Positions 12,322-26,722 are shown, numbered from the whole stretch's first letter. The stretch: DNA of 63,926 nucleotides, filler included, from Neolecta irregularis DAH-3 (GCA_001929475.1; 4 parts of 4 records of this genome joined end to end with filler, not necessarily neighbours in it), one strand, 5' to 3'. Notes: generated by a model from the letters alone, not told the origin. Translations and numbers: made by a program.

Positions 12322-13942
12322 TTAATAAACATACTAAACTGTCAGATCAGTATCAATAATACCCTCACCGGAATGAAGAGCCACGGACATCGACGGACAT
12401 ATTCATCCCAATCTTCACCGTATTTCTCGCGACATCGCCGTATATCGCGAGAGACACGGTGAACGAGTACAATCGTGAAAAAAAGCGGGTAGAAAAAAGG
12501 GATCAGACTCGATGTCCCAGTGATTAGACCCCATGAAAACGCCATAACTAAATCGGCCTAGATATTAGCCTTTTCAAATAGCAAGTTTGTGCACGGTATA
12601 ATGGATCTTTCGACCGTATTTATCTAGCGTCAGCCTAGATGCTGGAAATAGAGACATACACCATCCGTCTGTTAGCAGTGTACTTCCGTTCTTACACTTT
12701 ATGTAAGAAGGGTTCTTGAGGATATTCCAGGGTAATTGAGGAAATGATTTGCGCAGATAAGGACTTTCATTCATCGATAATCGAAACTTGTTTTTTTGAC
12801 TATAGTCAGACAGTACCTCTAATGCAAGGCACCTATTTGCAGTATCCCAGATATAATAAGCAGCAAAAAGTAGGGTGTACATCAAAACGTTGTATGTAGT
12901 CGACCACTGATATGTTCTTGGATCATGACTGGTGAGGAAAAGAGAACAATGAGAATATGTAAAGGGCACTCCAGCCATGTTCCAGAAAATAAGTTGAAAT
13001 CCCCATTTTTCCCAAGTCACGTCCCTATGGTTAATGAGTGTCAAGGGGAGATTTACCAAGTGGTGATGATACATTCCTCGCCCTTTGCACAAGCATTGGC
13101 ATAGAGATAGTGCGCAAGACAAACGAACAATACTTGCGGCGAGATATATCCATAGGTTTCAAATTGACGGATTGCGGTAGCGGCTGAAATGGAAAATAGG
13201 AGAAACCAAGGAAGACGGACTTCAAAAAACATCTTAAAATCGAGAATGCCAAGTCGTGGGTTTAAAGGCGCGCCCATGAAGAAGTCATACACAAATGAAC
13301 CAGTCATTCGATGCTGTTTGCCCTTTGCTACCGTAACGAAATAACCGATGAAGGAGACGAGGAAGCCGCTAATGATTGAAACGCTCATTATGGGACCGAA
13401 TTCATCGATCAGGTAGACAATGCTGAATATCTTGAAGTAGTACAGGGCGGCGGTTATAGCGATGGTAGCGTAAAAGGACCAAACAGCATTACAGAAATAG
13501 TTGAGACGGCGATTATTTTGGGGTATTGGAAGACCTTTTACCCAGATCCCAGGCAACAAGACATAAAAAACAGCCTGGATGACGAGAAATGACCAGTAAA
13601 AAATCCAGGCACCGCGATGTGGCCAGGCCGACTTGATGTTTGTCAGGCGCAAGCAAAAATAAGCAAAGGCACCTGAGACACATATCCAATAAGGCGACGG
13701 GCAAAAGTCAGTAAAGACTCATCGGAATATGGACGCGCAAAACTGCCCCGATAGACAGCTGCTGATATCCAAAGATAGTACATCAACATGGGAAAAGTCA
13801 CCATGAGAGCAGCGCATCCCCAGGGGCCGCCAAATTCGAAGTGATTCGATCTATTAATTGCACCAGCAGAATTAGCAGGAGCGTGCAGCAGGATCCGTGG
13901 TTTGTGAATGGAAGCGGTGTTTATGTTGGTGGTGATGCCCAT
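12322..13942 (-). CDS. ERG4: delta24(24(1))-sterol reductase
   Basis: [59 protein letters not shown] and [15 protein letters not shown]. Confidence 0.92.
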
Positions 13943-14043
13943 TCAAGGAGGGGGATGGAGGCAAGAATCTCATTTTTATAAACAGAATTCCATTCCTCGC
14001 GTTACCTTGATTGCATAGGATAGAAAGTATATGGCATCCTGAA

Positions 14044-16216
14044 TTAGTCTTGATACATCTGCTGGTAAAACAGGATATACGCCAACTTGTCTCCCAGATC
14101 TGCTCGTTCTTCCTCTTGTGCAGAAACAGCAACCTGGTCCGCAGAAATCTTGCGGATAACCGTGTCATCCAGATGGATCCACGACCTGGAATCCTGTTCC
14201 AGCAAATCTACCGTATAGTGTCCTCCAGATGCCGATTTTCCGTGATGGTAGACAACTGGATCGTAAATAAATAAAATAACATCTCCGACTTACCCGAGAA
14301 GAGCTTGTACCTTCCACTAAACTGTCCTCTGAGATTCGGACTAATCACCTCTTGAGGTATCTCGAGTTCCAGCGGATATCCCACGCGTTTCCACGACTTT
14401 TGCGTACCACCGACATTGTCGTACAGAAACCGTTTCAAGTGGAGAATCAGGACTAGCGGCAGTGTTTCAATAAATACTTGTTTTGTCGCCGTAGCACTGG
14501 ATTTCCATTCCCCTTCGAGATCCTCGAGGACCGTCAGGTGTCGTAGAGCGTCGTTTATAGAAGTGATGTGATGTTCCTGGATATCGAGTTGTAAAGGTTG
14601 ATACGGTTCAAAAGTAATAGAATCCTTGAGTCCAGGGACTTTTAGTACCGACCGCAGCTTCCCTCCAAATATTCGGGTTATAGGCGACTCGGTAATAGTA
14701 GCCTGAAAATTCAACACATGTCCTCTAAAGGAACCTACCGTCCTGGTGACACTGGTCTTTTGTTTGGGTCCAACCTCGAGCCAACCATCCTCTTTCTCAA
14801 TACTTTCCACCCGTAAATATTCTCCACAAGATGCACCACTATCTCTCAAGGGAACGGATACCTGGCGTAGAGCTTCGTCAATAGGTTTCGGTCGGCAGGG
14901 CAGCGTTTGCATTGCCGTGATGAATTCCTCATGTAAACCATCCAACAAAAATCCCAAAAACTCCTCTGCGTCTTCCTGATGACCACGCTATTCGTCAGCT
15001 CAAAAACAAATCTAAAATGAAAACCTGCATTGAATCAAATCGCTTATTTCCGCGCATTGAATCATAAACATATTGAGGAACAAACGGTTCCCCGAATTCT
15101 TCAAAATCTTCCGCTTCTTCCTTTTCATTAACGACTCGGAATTCTCTCAATAGGAGAATCCTATACTTGTAAACACTGAATTCTCTACATCAGGAAACCC
15201 CACAAAGCATCCATAAGAGGACTTTTACTTGAAAAATCATGGGCAACTTTAGTACCCACAGAATGAAGAAGATTATAAAATGGTGGACAAAATATTAAAA
15301 CTTGTAAAATCTATCTGATTAGCTCGAAAAGAAGAGGGAAAATATACGGCATTCATAAAACACATGTTTCCTGTATTTACAAGGCCTCGCGGTTGAATGA
15401 AAGGAGCTTTTGAGGATAGGCCCATAGTATCAAAACTGCTCAACAGTTCTCCTAGACCATTTGCTTTTAGAGTTGCGATGTTTTGTAAATTTGATGTTGA
15501 TTGGGGTGGTCGTAGTGTACACTGCAGCTTATTCGCAATTGGTATCGAGGATTTGACAAGGTCAGACCACGATTTAAGTGCCGGGCGAGGAATGTCATCT
15601 GTTGGAGATAGAGATGGGAGGAGAAGTGGAGAAGAAAGAGCTGGAGAGACAGGTTCTGTTGTGGGTGAAGATGACTTTTCTATACTTGTGGATATACTTC
15701 GCACGGAGACATCTGAAGGTATTACTGAAGGCGGAATTGAACTGACTGGAGCAGACTCAGTGGTGGTTGCCATTGATCTTTTCCTCGAAACACCATTGAT
15801 TAATGGCATTGGTGTATTCTTTGCGAGTCTTTCTGTGGCTGAAGAATCCCCAGAGACATCATTTGATTTCACAGGCCTTGCAATATCAGACCAAGTCTTT
15901 TTTGCATCCGGCACAATTGCTTTCTTGGAGAGAACAGGCGAAGATGCAGGATTCGAGGTGTTTGTGATCGTTTGGACCAGATTCAAAGTCGCCAGTTGCG
16001 ACTGCGTGACATTGAAAGATTTCTTGCAACGCGTCTTTGCTCTGCTTGGAAAATCGCCATTTGCAGAAAACCAGGGCAACTTGAGCGCTTTTTCAGTACA
16101 ATCGCAGTCTCGCTACATACGTCAGGAACAGCTGTTGATCTCGGTCTGATTTTTGCGTCTTTACTCGCTCGGGGTAGAGCAGGAGCAGGACTCGCAGGCA
16201 GCACTGGAACCGGCAT
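14044..16216 (-). CDS. UBP3: ubiquitin C-terminal hydrolase Ubp3/USP10 family
   Basis: LPWFS and KSWSDL N-terminal motifs, Cys box RGLVNTGNMCFMNA, QEDAEEFLGFLLDGLHEE, WLEVGPKQK, ESPITRIFGG, His box GHYT and AYILFYQ. Confidence 0.88.
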
Positions 16217-16368
16217 TCGTTCGCCTGCAGTTTTTTCAGTTTTACTGAATCAAAATAGGCGATTCTGGGGGTGTGTTGTATTTGAACAAGGTCGCCTGAA
16301 AACTTTGGATTTATGAGTAGGGTTATTCGAACCGGTGGTCACCTGCGGATTGCCCTGATCTGCTTTCC

Positions 16369-18216
16369 ATGTCCTCCAAGTTGAATCAACAAAGACTGTC
16401 GTCACCCGCACCGATATCCAATATCTGTGTTGCTGCTACCGTCGAGCCCCTGATCTGTACTACTCGTGAAGTAAATTCTTAATTGACATTTCTACAGCCC
16501 GACAGGTAAACGCTCCTAGCAAATCGCAGAGCAACAGACCATCTCACAAGGATCGCAAACGGCCATCTAAACCGCAGTTCGATGCAGTATATGGAGATGA
16601 GATAGATCGCACGGAAAGTTAAGTTTGGATATTGCTGTCTAACAACTGAGCAGACCTCTTTCAATTTCGCTAATCGCAGAGGCCAAGTCTCCCTCAACCA
16701 TCTTCTTAATTTCTCATATACTCCACGAGAGACTCCTACCAATATCCGCACTTTTAATCATCGACGTTCTTTCGGAGTCGCATCAGGTCGCCACCCTACA
16801 GATAAAGCCAAATACATTCATGCAAACTATCGATTCGTAGTCAGTGCCTTTGGCGACTATCGAGCCCAGTCTGTCGACTCAGATGTTCCTATTCCATGGA
16901 ATAATATCCTCCAAGTGATCGCATCAGTCGAGACTCAATGTACAAACTGTCCTATATGTTTGACAGATGTCCCCATAGCACCCCGAATCGCAAAATGCGG
17001 ACATGTTTTCTGTCTACCATGTATAATCAGATATCTAGCAGAAAAGAACCCATCCGATTCGCGCTTTCGAAAGTGGAAAAAATGCCCGATTTGCTGGGAT
17101 TCAGTATACATTGAAGAAATGAAGCCAATAAAATGGATTCAAGCGGACGATTCAAATATTCCAAGAGTCAACACAGACGTCAGCCTTCGCTTAATGCGAC
17201 GTGAACAGGGAAGTACACTAATCTTACCCAGAGATAACACAAATGCTTTTTTGACCGACGGTGAAATCCCATGGTACTATTTCAGTGACGTCATCAACTA
17301 TGCTCGAATAATGAAGGGCAATCAAGAATATATGAAAACGGAATCAAGACGAGAAATCGTAGAACTCGAAGACTTAGAGTCGAGGGATACAGCTGAATTT
17401 GGAAAAGATGGAGATTGGAATGATCGGGCAATTGAACAAGTCTTGGATTGGATGCCTCCCACTGAAGAGCGAGAACCACCATCATCTACACAGAATAAAA
17501 AGAAGAAACAGAAACCAACAGAAGTCGCAACGGTCCCGGCTCCGGTAAACACTTATTATTTTTATCAACCCCGTTCCGCTTCCCATTTTTACCTCTCACC
17601 CCTTGACGTTCGTATCCTAAAGACTCAATTCGGCTCATTCTCCCAATTCCCAAATAACCTTCTAGTTCAAATTGAAGCCATTCAATATGACCACACAATC
17701 GATGATGATATTCGGAAACGAATGAAATATCTAGCTCATCTTCCACGAGGTTGCGAAATTTCGTTTTTGGAATGTAATTGGGAAGGAATCGTCAGTGACT
17801 CTATTCTGAAATATTTTCGAACAGAGATTGAAGCGAGGAGGAAAAAGAGACAAGATAAGGAACAAAGAGAGGATAGAGCACGTATACAGGCTGAAAAGTC
17901 GGATTGGGAGAAATTTCCAGGACGAAAGAGCGACTTTTTACCAGAGAATTCGTATATTCTGGATGATTTTTCCGCATTCCCGGTTACTTCCAGTCCATCC
18001 AAATTGTCTGTTCCTACCCTCGATCCAAGCGATATCAAACGAACGGTTTGGGGAACAATAAGTAATGCCAAAAATGAATCTGACATTTTGCCGCAAGAGG
18101 AGTCTTTTGTGGAAGGGTGGAGCGAGAACTGGGAATTGGAATTGGAAAATTTGGACGTCAAAAGAGGGAAAAAGAAATTGGTCCTCTTATCAAATGCTGC
18201 CAGACGCCAAAGATAA
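16369..18216 (+). CDS. MAG2: RING E3 ligase Mag2/RNF10 family
   Basis: NRRGQVSLNHLLNFSY, HANYRFVV, RING CPICL...PRIAKCGHVFCLPCIIRY...CPICWD, YYFYQ..HFYLSPLDVRILK, RKRMKYLAHLP and KGKKKLVLLS-type tail. The 5' exons are approximate. Confidence 0.88.
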
Positions 18217-18413
18217 GGGATATCAAATTTGCATACTCTGGAGCGGGATCAGGTTAAAAATTTATTTGTTAGCATTATTATTCCGGAATTAAGTCATATT
18301 CTTCTTTTGCATCTAGTAAAACAACCCTATGAAAAGGGAAATAAATGAGAAAAACACCAGAATCGATATGGTAAAACAAAAGGACCGATGACTAGCTACA
18401 TAATAAAAGGAAA

Positions 18414-21181
18414 TCAAAGTTCGGGAGCTTTTCTCTTCAACTCTGGATTTCCTGATGCTTGAGGATCTTCACAAATTTGCTTCTCGATAAAATATTTGGC
18501 GTCGTCGAAACCGGTGATCAGAATTTCGTGCATTGCTATACGAGCTAGTGTTTCAGATCAGGACATAAAAGCATTTACTTACGAGTCTTCTTAATTTGAC
18601 CCCACCTGCGCTTAGCTTTCATTTCGGGATCAAGAGGATGATTGGATGCAATATAACTGATGGCATGCTGAAAGTAAGAATATGGATATCTTGGTTAGGT
18701 ACCTTGCTATACCACATTTTTAGGTCGTCATCTCCTTGTATCCCTTTGATTGGATCTTGCCCAATAAAATTGAGAGAAGCTTTAACCCTCTTTGTGACAT
18801 CACGAGCGCCAATAAGATTAATTAGTCCAGCACAAGCCTTTCCAACTCCAAAGAAAATGACATTTTTGGCATCTGCAAGTCTTAATTAAAGTTATAAAAC
18901 ATGATATTGTTGGGGACCATACTCGATATAATTATCCCAAGTATACAAACATAATTCTTTCGTTGCAGACTCGATGGTATAATCAGGGTCCTTGAGATTT
19001 CATTAATGATAAATCGAAATACAAGGCAACTTACATCAACGCCGGTTAACATTGCCGGCACATTTACGTCAATAAGACCATAATTCTGAGACATTATCCA
19101 TTCAATACACGTATTCGCGTGATCAAGCTTTAACGTCAACCAAAAAGTGACTCAATACATGCCATACAAGGAACGACTTGTGCAGTTCTACCTTGTTGGA
19201 CAAGGGATCTGTCTGGGCATAAACTTCGGGCCTTTTATCAGAACAGACGTAAGTGTATCATACGCATCATGGATGAAAAGTACAAGTGTCTCAGCATTGT
19301 AAAAACCGGGCCTTGATTGTCAGAAGGCGGTAATATGTTGTACTTACGAACAAACAGCTTCGTCTTTGAATGATTCTGAAACATAATCACGAGCAATTGG
19401 GAGTTTCATCATATTCCAGGCTTCCGTCATTTTCTTGACTTGATAGCCGCGAACTACATCTGGTCGTTAATTTTGCATTTTCCCATTACATACCGTGTAG
19501 TATATCAGGAGTAGGAAATAGAGGATCTTTGTTTAGTCACGCAAACCAGACAACGACATACCAACAGAAAAACGCTTGGGTGTCATGCATTTCCAATATT
19601 TCGATTGTTCTATACTTACCAGCTGAACGGTCTCAGCAGCCTTCCGGCTTGCAAATGATTGAGGAAGTTGCGGAGGTGGTTCTCCCATTAACACGCGAGT
19701 ACATGCTAATGCAGAGTTGGATATTGAATCAAGATTGTAGCCGCCCTATCAGTTAGTATTCAGGAAAAAAGAGCGATAAACTTCAAGGATGACAGCAATC
19801 TTTCCCCCTGCAAGACTCATGAGCATATGGGTCATATGTGCATAAGCTGGAGGAGTGACATAACATTGACCTAGAGGATCTCCTTTCGCAGCATCGAACC
19901 CAGCCGAGACTAACCGTTAGGCTATGTGCCAAAGATGGAGGTGGACATACCAATTACCAAATCCGGGTTAAATTCATGAGCAATTGGCATAACTATCCTC
20001 TGGAAAGCATATATATAATCTCCATCACCCATTCCACCACACGGCCAAGGTATGTTGACATTTCTGGGGATCAGGACAAGATTTGAAAGTTGAAGAGAAT
20101 ACTTTCCGAGGCCAGCCCCAATACCACATCTCGTGTGTCCCCCATCGGGACTTCCAGGGAAAAAATATCCACGATCATGACGATGTATAGATATATAAAG
20201 CACATCACCATCATCATACAGACATTTTTGCGTTCCATTTCCTGAGTGTTAGCGCTGGAATGACGTTATCATCCCAACCATGATGAACGTCCCTTAGCGT
20301 TAGACAAGGTTTTAAATGATTTTTCATACCAATCCAAGATCAAAATTTTGTTAACGTGCTCATATTTCTGCTTGGTAACCTTGGCAGCAATGGCAGCGTT
20401 ACTGAAAAGACAGAAACCCATTGGTTGATGCGGTTCAGCATGGTGTCCCGGGGGGCGAACAACTGCAATCGCATTTTTAACTTGACCTTCAATAACTGCG
20501 CAAATTGCTTCGATGGTTGAGCCACAAGATAGTCTTGCACAGAATGCCGATTCGTTATTGAAGTATACAGATGAAGAGGCGTCTTCTAGTTCATTGAGTT
20601 GTTTTATTTGCATGACTGTAACACGTAAGGCTATAAATATGATAGTTCAACTTACATGCTGTATTCAGCATGTTCTCATAATGCTCCGGGGTGTGACATG
20701 TTAAAATTTCCGATTTTGTAGCTTCCCGGACTTTGATACGAGCTAATGTATCTTTGCGCTCCTTGAGAAGAGCTGGCGCTTTGTTCTCGACCAACCCGGC
20801 ATCTACAAGAGTAGCAAAAATTCGCAAAATTCGACGAGGCTCCTCGGGATGTTCTTCGTCGGGATCGACATGCGTATGAAGGGACATCAAAGGGCTATAT
20901 GCGATCCCAGAACGCAACGATGAGATGGGAAGTGGATTTTTGGGAGGCTCAACATGAGTTTCGGCTTCGACTACGCTTTCGGAAGAGGCAGGCGAAGGTG
21001 CGCGTTCCATTCGGGAATGTTCACCATTTGCAAAAGTCGTTGACTCCTCCTGGAGAAGACAAGCGGGATTAATAGTTGGGATATCTAAAGGCGTATCTGA
21101 GGCCGACGAACTTGATTTTCCTACATTCAAAGTGTTGAATGCGGCAGCGGAGTCATGAAGAGCGCCGGCAGGATCAAGCAT
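18414..21181 (-). CDS. HDA1: class II histone deacetylase Hda1/Clr3 with C-terminal Arb2-type region
   Basis: [61 protein letters not shown] and [12 protein letters not shown]. Confidence 0.92.
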
Positions 21182-21478
21182 GATATAGGAGATAAAGCCG
21201 ACAGGAACGCCTAAAAATCCTCCCCGACACTTTAACACAACCCTTTTTCAAGCTGAAGCGGCTGCGGCGTATGTATCGCCTAGCTCCAGCCTGGAGACGT
21301 GTTTTCCGGAGGTTGTGCGCTAAGTTACTGATTGATGCGGTCGGGGAATGAAACCGCCTAGCCCATGTGACGTGACACGCATAGAAGCAAAAATGCAAGA
21401 AACCATTTTCGCGAGTTGAAAAGAGTAGCCAGAGACATATCTACACATTCAAAAGACACATGTTCGTATAAAGAACCG

Positions 21479-24400
21479 TCATTCGCTTGTCCAGTCGGTC
21501 TCGAAACCGCCCACCTGCCAAATCTCATGCTCGTCTTCAAGTTGGTCTAAACCTATATGATCGCCTCCATCTGCCAGTCGTTCACTTTCCAGGGCCGCAA
21601 GACGCATAGCAACACGATCCATATATTCCTTCATTGCTTTTGACCGAGGACCAAGCTCTTCATTCTGCAGGAATTTCTAAATAGTCAGAACGATCACAGT
21701 CGGCAATCGGGTTTACCTCGAACAAAGCGGGTCCGTTTTTGACGAGCTCAAACATCGCGATATAGGCTTGCTCGGCAGCGAGCTTAACCGGGATAATGAT
21801 CTCTCGCACGCACGTAAACACTGTTGGAGCTAGGAATGCGATGTGAGGTTTGATCATCTTGAGAATCAGCTCATCGGGGTTTTACAATTACGCGTACGTC
21901 AAAGCGCAAGCGACTGACCGTCTTGATCACCACAAGTGCCAATCTTTTGTTGTCTGTATTTCCAGATGACACTTGTTCAATAGTTTCAGCCAAACCGGTT
22001 AAAAGTGCTTTTGTCGAACTGAAGCCGATGGAAAGTTTTTCGCTTAGTAATAGCTTCCCAGCTGCAAGTACGGAATTGTTGGAAATAGGTGGCTATTATC
22101 AGAAGATGAACTGCCAGGCTATTGCATACTTGTGAACTTTTCAGTTCTTCGAGGATGTATAGGATGACATTACTAGTCAGATGTAATTCGGTTAATTTCT
22201 CTGGCGCCTCGGCCAGCACCGCATTGAGACCGAGAATAGCAGAATGACTATCGTGTCTCGATAAAATTTTACTTCGAATGATATCGCTGTCGGAGGGGAT
22301 GGATTGCTTCATCAAAGAGCCTAATAGGCGAGCACTCTGAATGACAATTCGATCTACTCGGGTCAAGTTTGCGTTTTCCATTACAGCGAATACCATCTGA
22401 GTTTTCGCATCCTTCCTCAAAAAGTTTCCAGACAGTCTTTTGAGAACCATCACTGAGTAAATGCCCTGCTCGTGCAATAACTTCTTTCATTGCCTTATAC
22501 ATTGCCAATTTTACACCTGGATCGGGATTCGTCGCGCCAAGCGCAAGCTCAGCAATGAGTGGATCAACCCGGGTTTGCATGGCTACCAGAGTACTCAATG
22601 CATCGGCTGCATTTGTTCTCAATGTCGAGTTGTCTGGATCCGCAAGGGCTTTCGTAAATGTTCGTTGAAGCTGAGGAAAGAACGGCTTAAGCTGAATGTT
22701 GACCTGCTTCATCAAGAGATTGAGAGAGGAAAGAATCTCAATTTTGATTTCGCGTTTGGTTCGTTCGCCCATAACGCGGATTAGCGGACCTGTAATTTGA
22801 GCCATGAAAGGCTTTGTGGATTCGGCGTTGGACCGAACGATGATGGCGCCCATTCCAGCTGCTGCCTTCTCTCGTTGCTCTGGAGTTCCTCCAGTTAAGC
22901 CCTGTACAAAGATCGGAAGCACAGCATTGATTCCCTTTGGAATCTTGCAGAACCCTGGAAGTTCTTTCCCAGGATAACCTGTGTATTGCAAAGCGTTAAA
23001 TACGGGAATGACTGCTGCATCGAGTGCAACCTTCCTTGAGGTCTTTACAAATGCAGTCAATGCAACAGATGCTTCAGTCATACATGTTTCATCAGATAGG
23101 GATGTAACGAGAACTTGAACGAGCTCCGGCACATAGGTGAAATAGTCAACTTTGGTGTATTCGACAAAATAGCCCAATTGTTCACAACCAAGAACGCGTT
23201 TGCGATAATCTTCGTGCTGAATAAAATTAGTATAATCTCCTATACTGTATGGCGAACCTTGGCGAGCCCTAAAAGAACCGGCATGAGATTTAAAAGATCG
23301 CTGGAGTCGATAATGCTAGTGGTGACTTGATGTAGCGAATTTTCAATCTCAATCCGAGTTTCCTGGTCTTTTGTTTGCAGAATGGTATCTACCAAGGCGT
23401 GTATAATCTTTTTAAAACGGCGAGTGAAAGCAGAACCAGCAACCTCGGCTAAAGAAGCCAATGCTTTAGCATTAAAAAGTGAGATAGGAATTTCTGTTAA
23501 TGATGGAATGAGAACCGGAAAGATGGCATTTGCACGCATTGACATGATCTCCTTCAAAGCTGCTAATGCAGTAGCTGCAGTTTGATCTGACTGAAGGGCT
23601 CGAAGTAAATCCGGTAAGATTTGATCGATGACACGATCTCCGAATGTTTCTTGGAGAGAATCGAACGACCGCGCAGCAGCCAAGCGAACAGAAACATCTG
23701 TGTCGACTAGGGCCATACGAACTGCTGCAATGAACTCTGTCTCATATTCTTCAATTTGGTGCTGTCCGCAACTTGCCATAATCTCTGTAAGGGCACTGCA
23801 TACTCCCATGCGCATTGCTGCTTCAGTCGACTCGAGATCTGACTGAAGAACAGGCACCAATTGAGCCAAAACAGACTCACCTAGCTTCCTGACAATATCG
23901 CCGAGTGTCTGCGCCGCAACAGTACGGTGTTCTTCATTTGATGATGCAAGATTGGTGATGATAATTGAAGTCATGGCAGGCAGAACTTCCTTAACCATAC
24001 GGGGGGTATTCGATACCATAGCTTTCCAGACATGCAAGGCTGAAAGCCGCACCAGTCCTGATGAATCTTGTCGGGTAATATATAAGGCTGCGAGGAGTCT
24101 ATCCCGGCGTTCCTTGCCCAAGATATCCAAGAGAGCTGTTTTCTGTGTCTCAGTGACGCCGGCATCGTCGTCTTCCGCAAGGTCAATATCGGTCTTTGTA
24201 TTAATACCAGTGATTTTGAACAATAAATCTCCAATGAGTTGGACAGAGCTTTGTCTGATTCGCCAGTTATCGTCAAAGAGACCTCGTTCGAGCTCAGGTA
24301 GGAGAAGATCAACAGACTTGAACGCATAGTTAGCCACAATCATCTTTGCAGCTCGTAGAGATTGATCGGAAACATCTCGTGATTCATCTGCGAGACCAGA

Positions 24401-25130
24401 AAGAACGGGAGGAATAATGCGAGCCAAGTATGGTTGAAATCGTGGGCCAAATGTAGCAGGAAGGTATATGAGTAATGAAATATAACCTTCCCGAACATAT
24501 TCCTTGGGATGAGATGTGTTCCGTAAAATTTCTGGCAAGACCTCATTAAGGCGATCGAGACCGAGACCAGATAGCACTTCACCTATATCTCAGAAATAGC
24601 AAACAGAATAGCGTACTCAATCCCTGTGCAGCACCTTGACGGTCAACTCCACTTGCGTCGGACGACAACACTTCCAGAAGATTATCAATGAGATTTGGGA
24701 AATTTTGTTCTCCCAGTTTCTCAACAAATGTTCCGAGACATTTCGCTGCAGTTGCTCGGGTTCCAGGTACAGGATCTACAAGTACTTCGCGTAAATTTGG
24801 AATCAATCTTTCAAGATAAGGAATGAGTTCCTTGGGTTCAACAACAGAGATGAGACCGTTTAGTGTTTGTGCAGCTCGCTTCTTTGTTCCTGCAGCCCTT
24901 TCCTTCAAACCTCTTTGTAAAATCGGCATGACCTGTGTGAAAATCAGTTCATCCACTGTCCAGAGTTAAAAATACCAGAGCTAAGGAAGACGCATCCAAA
25001 TAATGTACAAATGCCGTTTTCAAAAGAGCAACTAAAGCATCATCAGTATATTTATTCGGACTGCTCAAAGCCTTAAGTAATATTGGTGTAAGTTGTTGGA
25101 TCTCTGGATTGTTGATAACTTCCCCAAACT
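21479..25130 (-). CDS. GCN1: Gcn1 HEAT-repeat translational activator, C-terminal part only (cut by scaffold gap)
   Basis: [77 protein letters not shown] and C-terminal [10 protein letters not shown]. Confidence 0.93.
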
Positions 25131-25230
25131 NNNNNNNNNNNNNNNNNNNNNNNNNNNNNNNNNNNNNNNNNNNNTTAATTAATTAANNNNNNNNNNNNNN
25201 NNNNNNNNNNNNNNNNNNNNNNNNNNNNNN
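25131..25230. other. scaffold gap with artificial TTAATTAATTAA linker
   Basis: 44 N + TTAATTAATTAA + 44 N; the same structure occurs at two other sites. Confidence 0.97.
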
Positions 25231-26722
25231 TGGACAGCCATCACAGTATCCTCCACCGCCTAGCCAATATGGACAGCCATCACAGTATCCTCCACCACCT
25301 GTGAATTATCAGTCTAGACCCCAACAACCTTGCCCCCAGAACCTTGATAGACTCAACAATCCGCCACCAGACTATCATCACAATGCGTATGTTGAGGGGA
25401 ATTCCAATGCTCCCCCTATCCCTCCGACCTCGAATCAGTATATGAATTATCCAAATGGACAACAGTATCATTTTCAGTACAGTAATTGTACTGGCAGAAG
25501 AAAAGCTCTCCTAATCGGGATCAATTACTTTGGCACAAAGGAAGAGCTAAAAGGGTGTATCAATGGTCCTTTTCTACCTTAAATATATACTAACACTGTA
25601 AAGATGTGTTAAATATGTCCAAATTCTTGTCGGGTATCTTCGTCTATTATCTTGCCACTCATTGAATTTATAGAACGATATAACTACAAGGAAGAGGATA
25701 TGGGTATATCCAGCGCATTCATCTCACTCTCATGACAATAAGTTATTTTAAGAGATGATTCGTCGAACCCTCAATCGCTTCCCACTCGGGCAAATATTAT
25801 CAGGGCAATGTATTGGCTTGTAAATGATGCTCGGCCAAACGACAGCCTGTTTTTCCACTATTCTGGGCATGGAGGCCAAACAGAAGATCTTGATGGTGAT
25901 GTTCAAAAATCTATTACAATTGTAATAGATTAGGCGACGAAGATGATGGGTTTGATGAGGTTATCTATTCCATGGATTTCAAGGCGACCAGTCACATTGT
26001 TGACGATGTATGCGCTTTATCCTGCGAATATTACTAAATGATATAGGAAATGCACGCAATTATGGTGTCCAAATTACCTGCTGGCTGCCGCCTTACAGGT
26101 AGTGTTGTATTCGATACTTGGTTTCTAACTGAAAGCAATATTCGATTCTTGCCACTCCGGAACTGCCCTTGATTTACCCTTTGTCTACGTAATGCATCAT
26201 CCTCTTATAATCTAACAAATTAAGTCGACTCAAGGAATCCTCAAAGAACCAAACATGCTAGCCAATGCTGGAAAAACGGCTCTTGGCGCTGGAATGTCCT
26301 ATTTGAAAGGTGATATGAGAGGAGTCTTCACAAGTGTCAAAGGTCTCCTTAATTCAGCTAAAGGCAACGGAGCAGTTGAACGTGCCCGTCAGACCAAGAT
26401 GTCTCATGCTGATGCTATACAGTTTAGTGGATGTAAAGGTATTAAGATTCTTCTCGCCCACCTTAACAACGGCATAGATAGTCAAACAAGCGCAGATGCC
26501 TATGAAGCGGGAACGGCGACTGGGGCCATGAGTTGGGCATTTAGAGAAGCGCTCAAGAAATACCCGCAGACCTCTTATCAAGGGCTTCTGGTGGCCGTTC
26601 GCAACGAGCTGCAAGGGAAGTACTCTCAGTTACCCCAACTCAGCTCGTCACATCCCATTGATACTAATCTTTGTATCTCTCTCTACAGAAAAGACATTGA
26701 CCCTTTAGTATTTATCATGTGA
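25231..26722 (+). CDS. MCA1: metacaspase (type I), 5' end in gap
   Basis: Pro/Gln/Tyr-rich prodomain, [53 protein letters not shown] and GAMSWAF. Confidence 0.93.

Noticed and set aside
15397..16149. 250-aa + strand ORF (and similar antisense ORFs, e.g. 40870-41415)
   Set aside because: These are antisense shadows of well-supported genes (UBP3, IFM1).
16368..16371. Overlapping opposite-strand ATGs (CATG) shared by UBP3 and MAG2
   Set aside because: The minus-strand frame from 16370 stops after 15 codons. The ATG at 16216 splices cleanly to the conserved LPWFS exon.
25175..25186. Palindromic TTAATTAATTAA inside N runs (three times)
   Set aside because: The identical 100-nt construct has stops in all frames and is an assembly linker, not biology.
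21479..25230. GCN1 as a truncated gene or pseudogene, or fused to metacaspase
   Set aside because: The truncation coincides with the scaffold gap, whose true size must far exceed 100 nt. The visible exons look intact.
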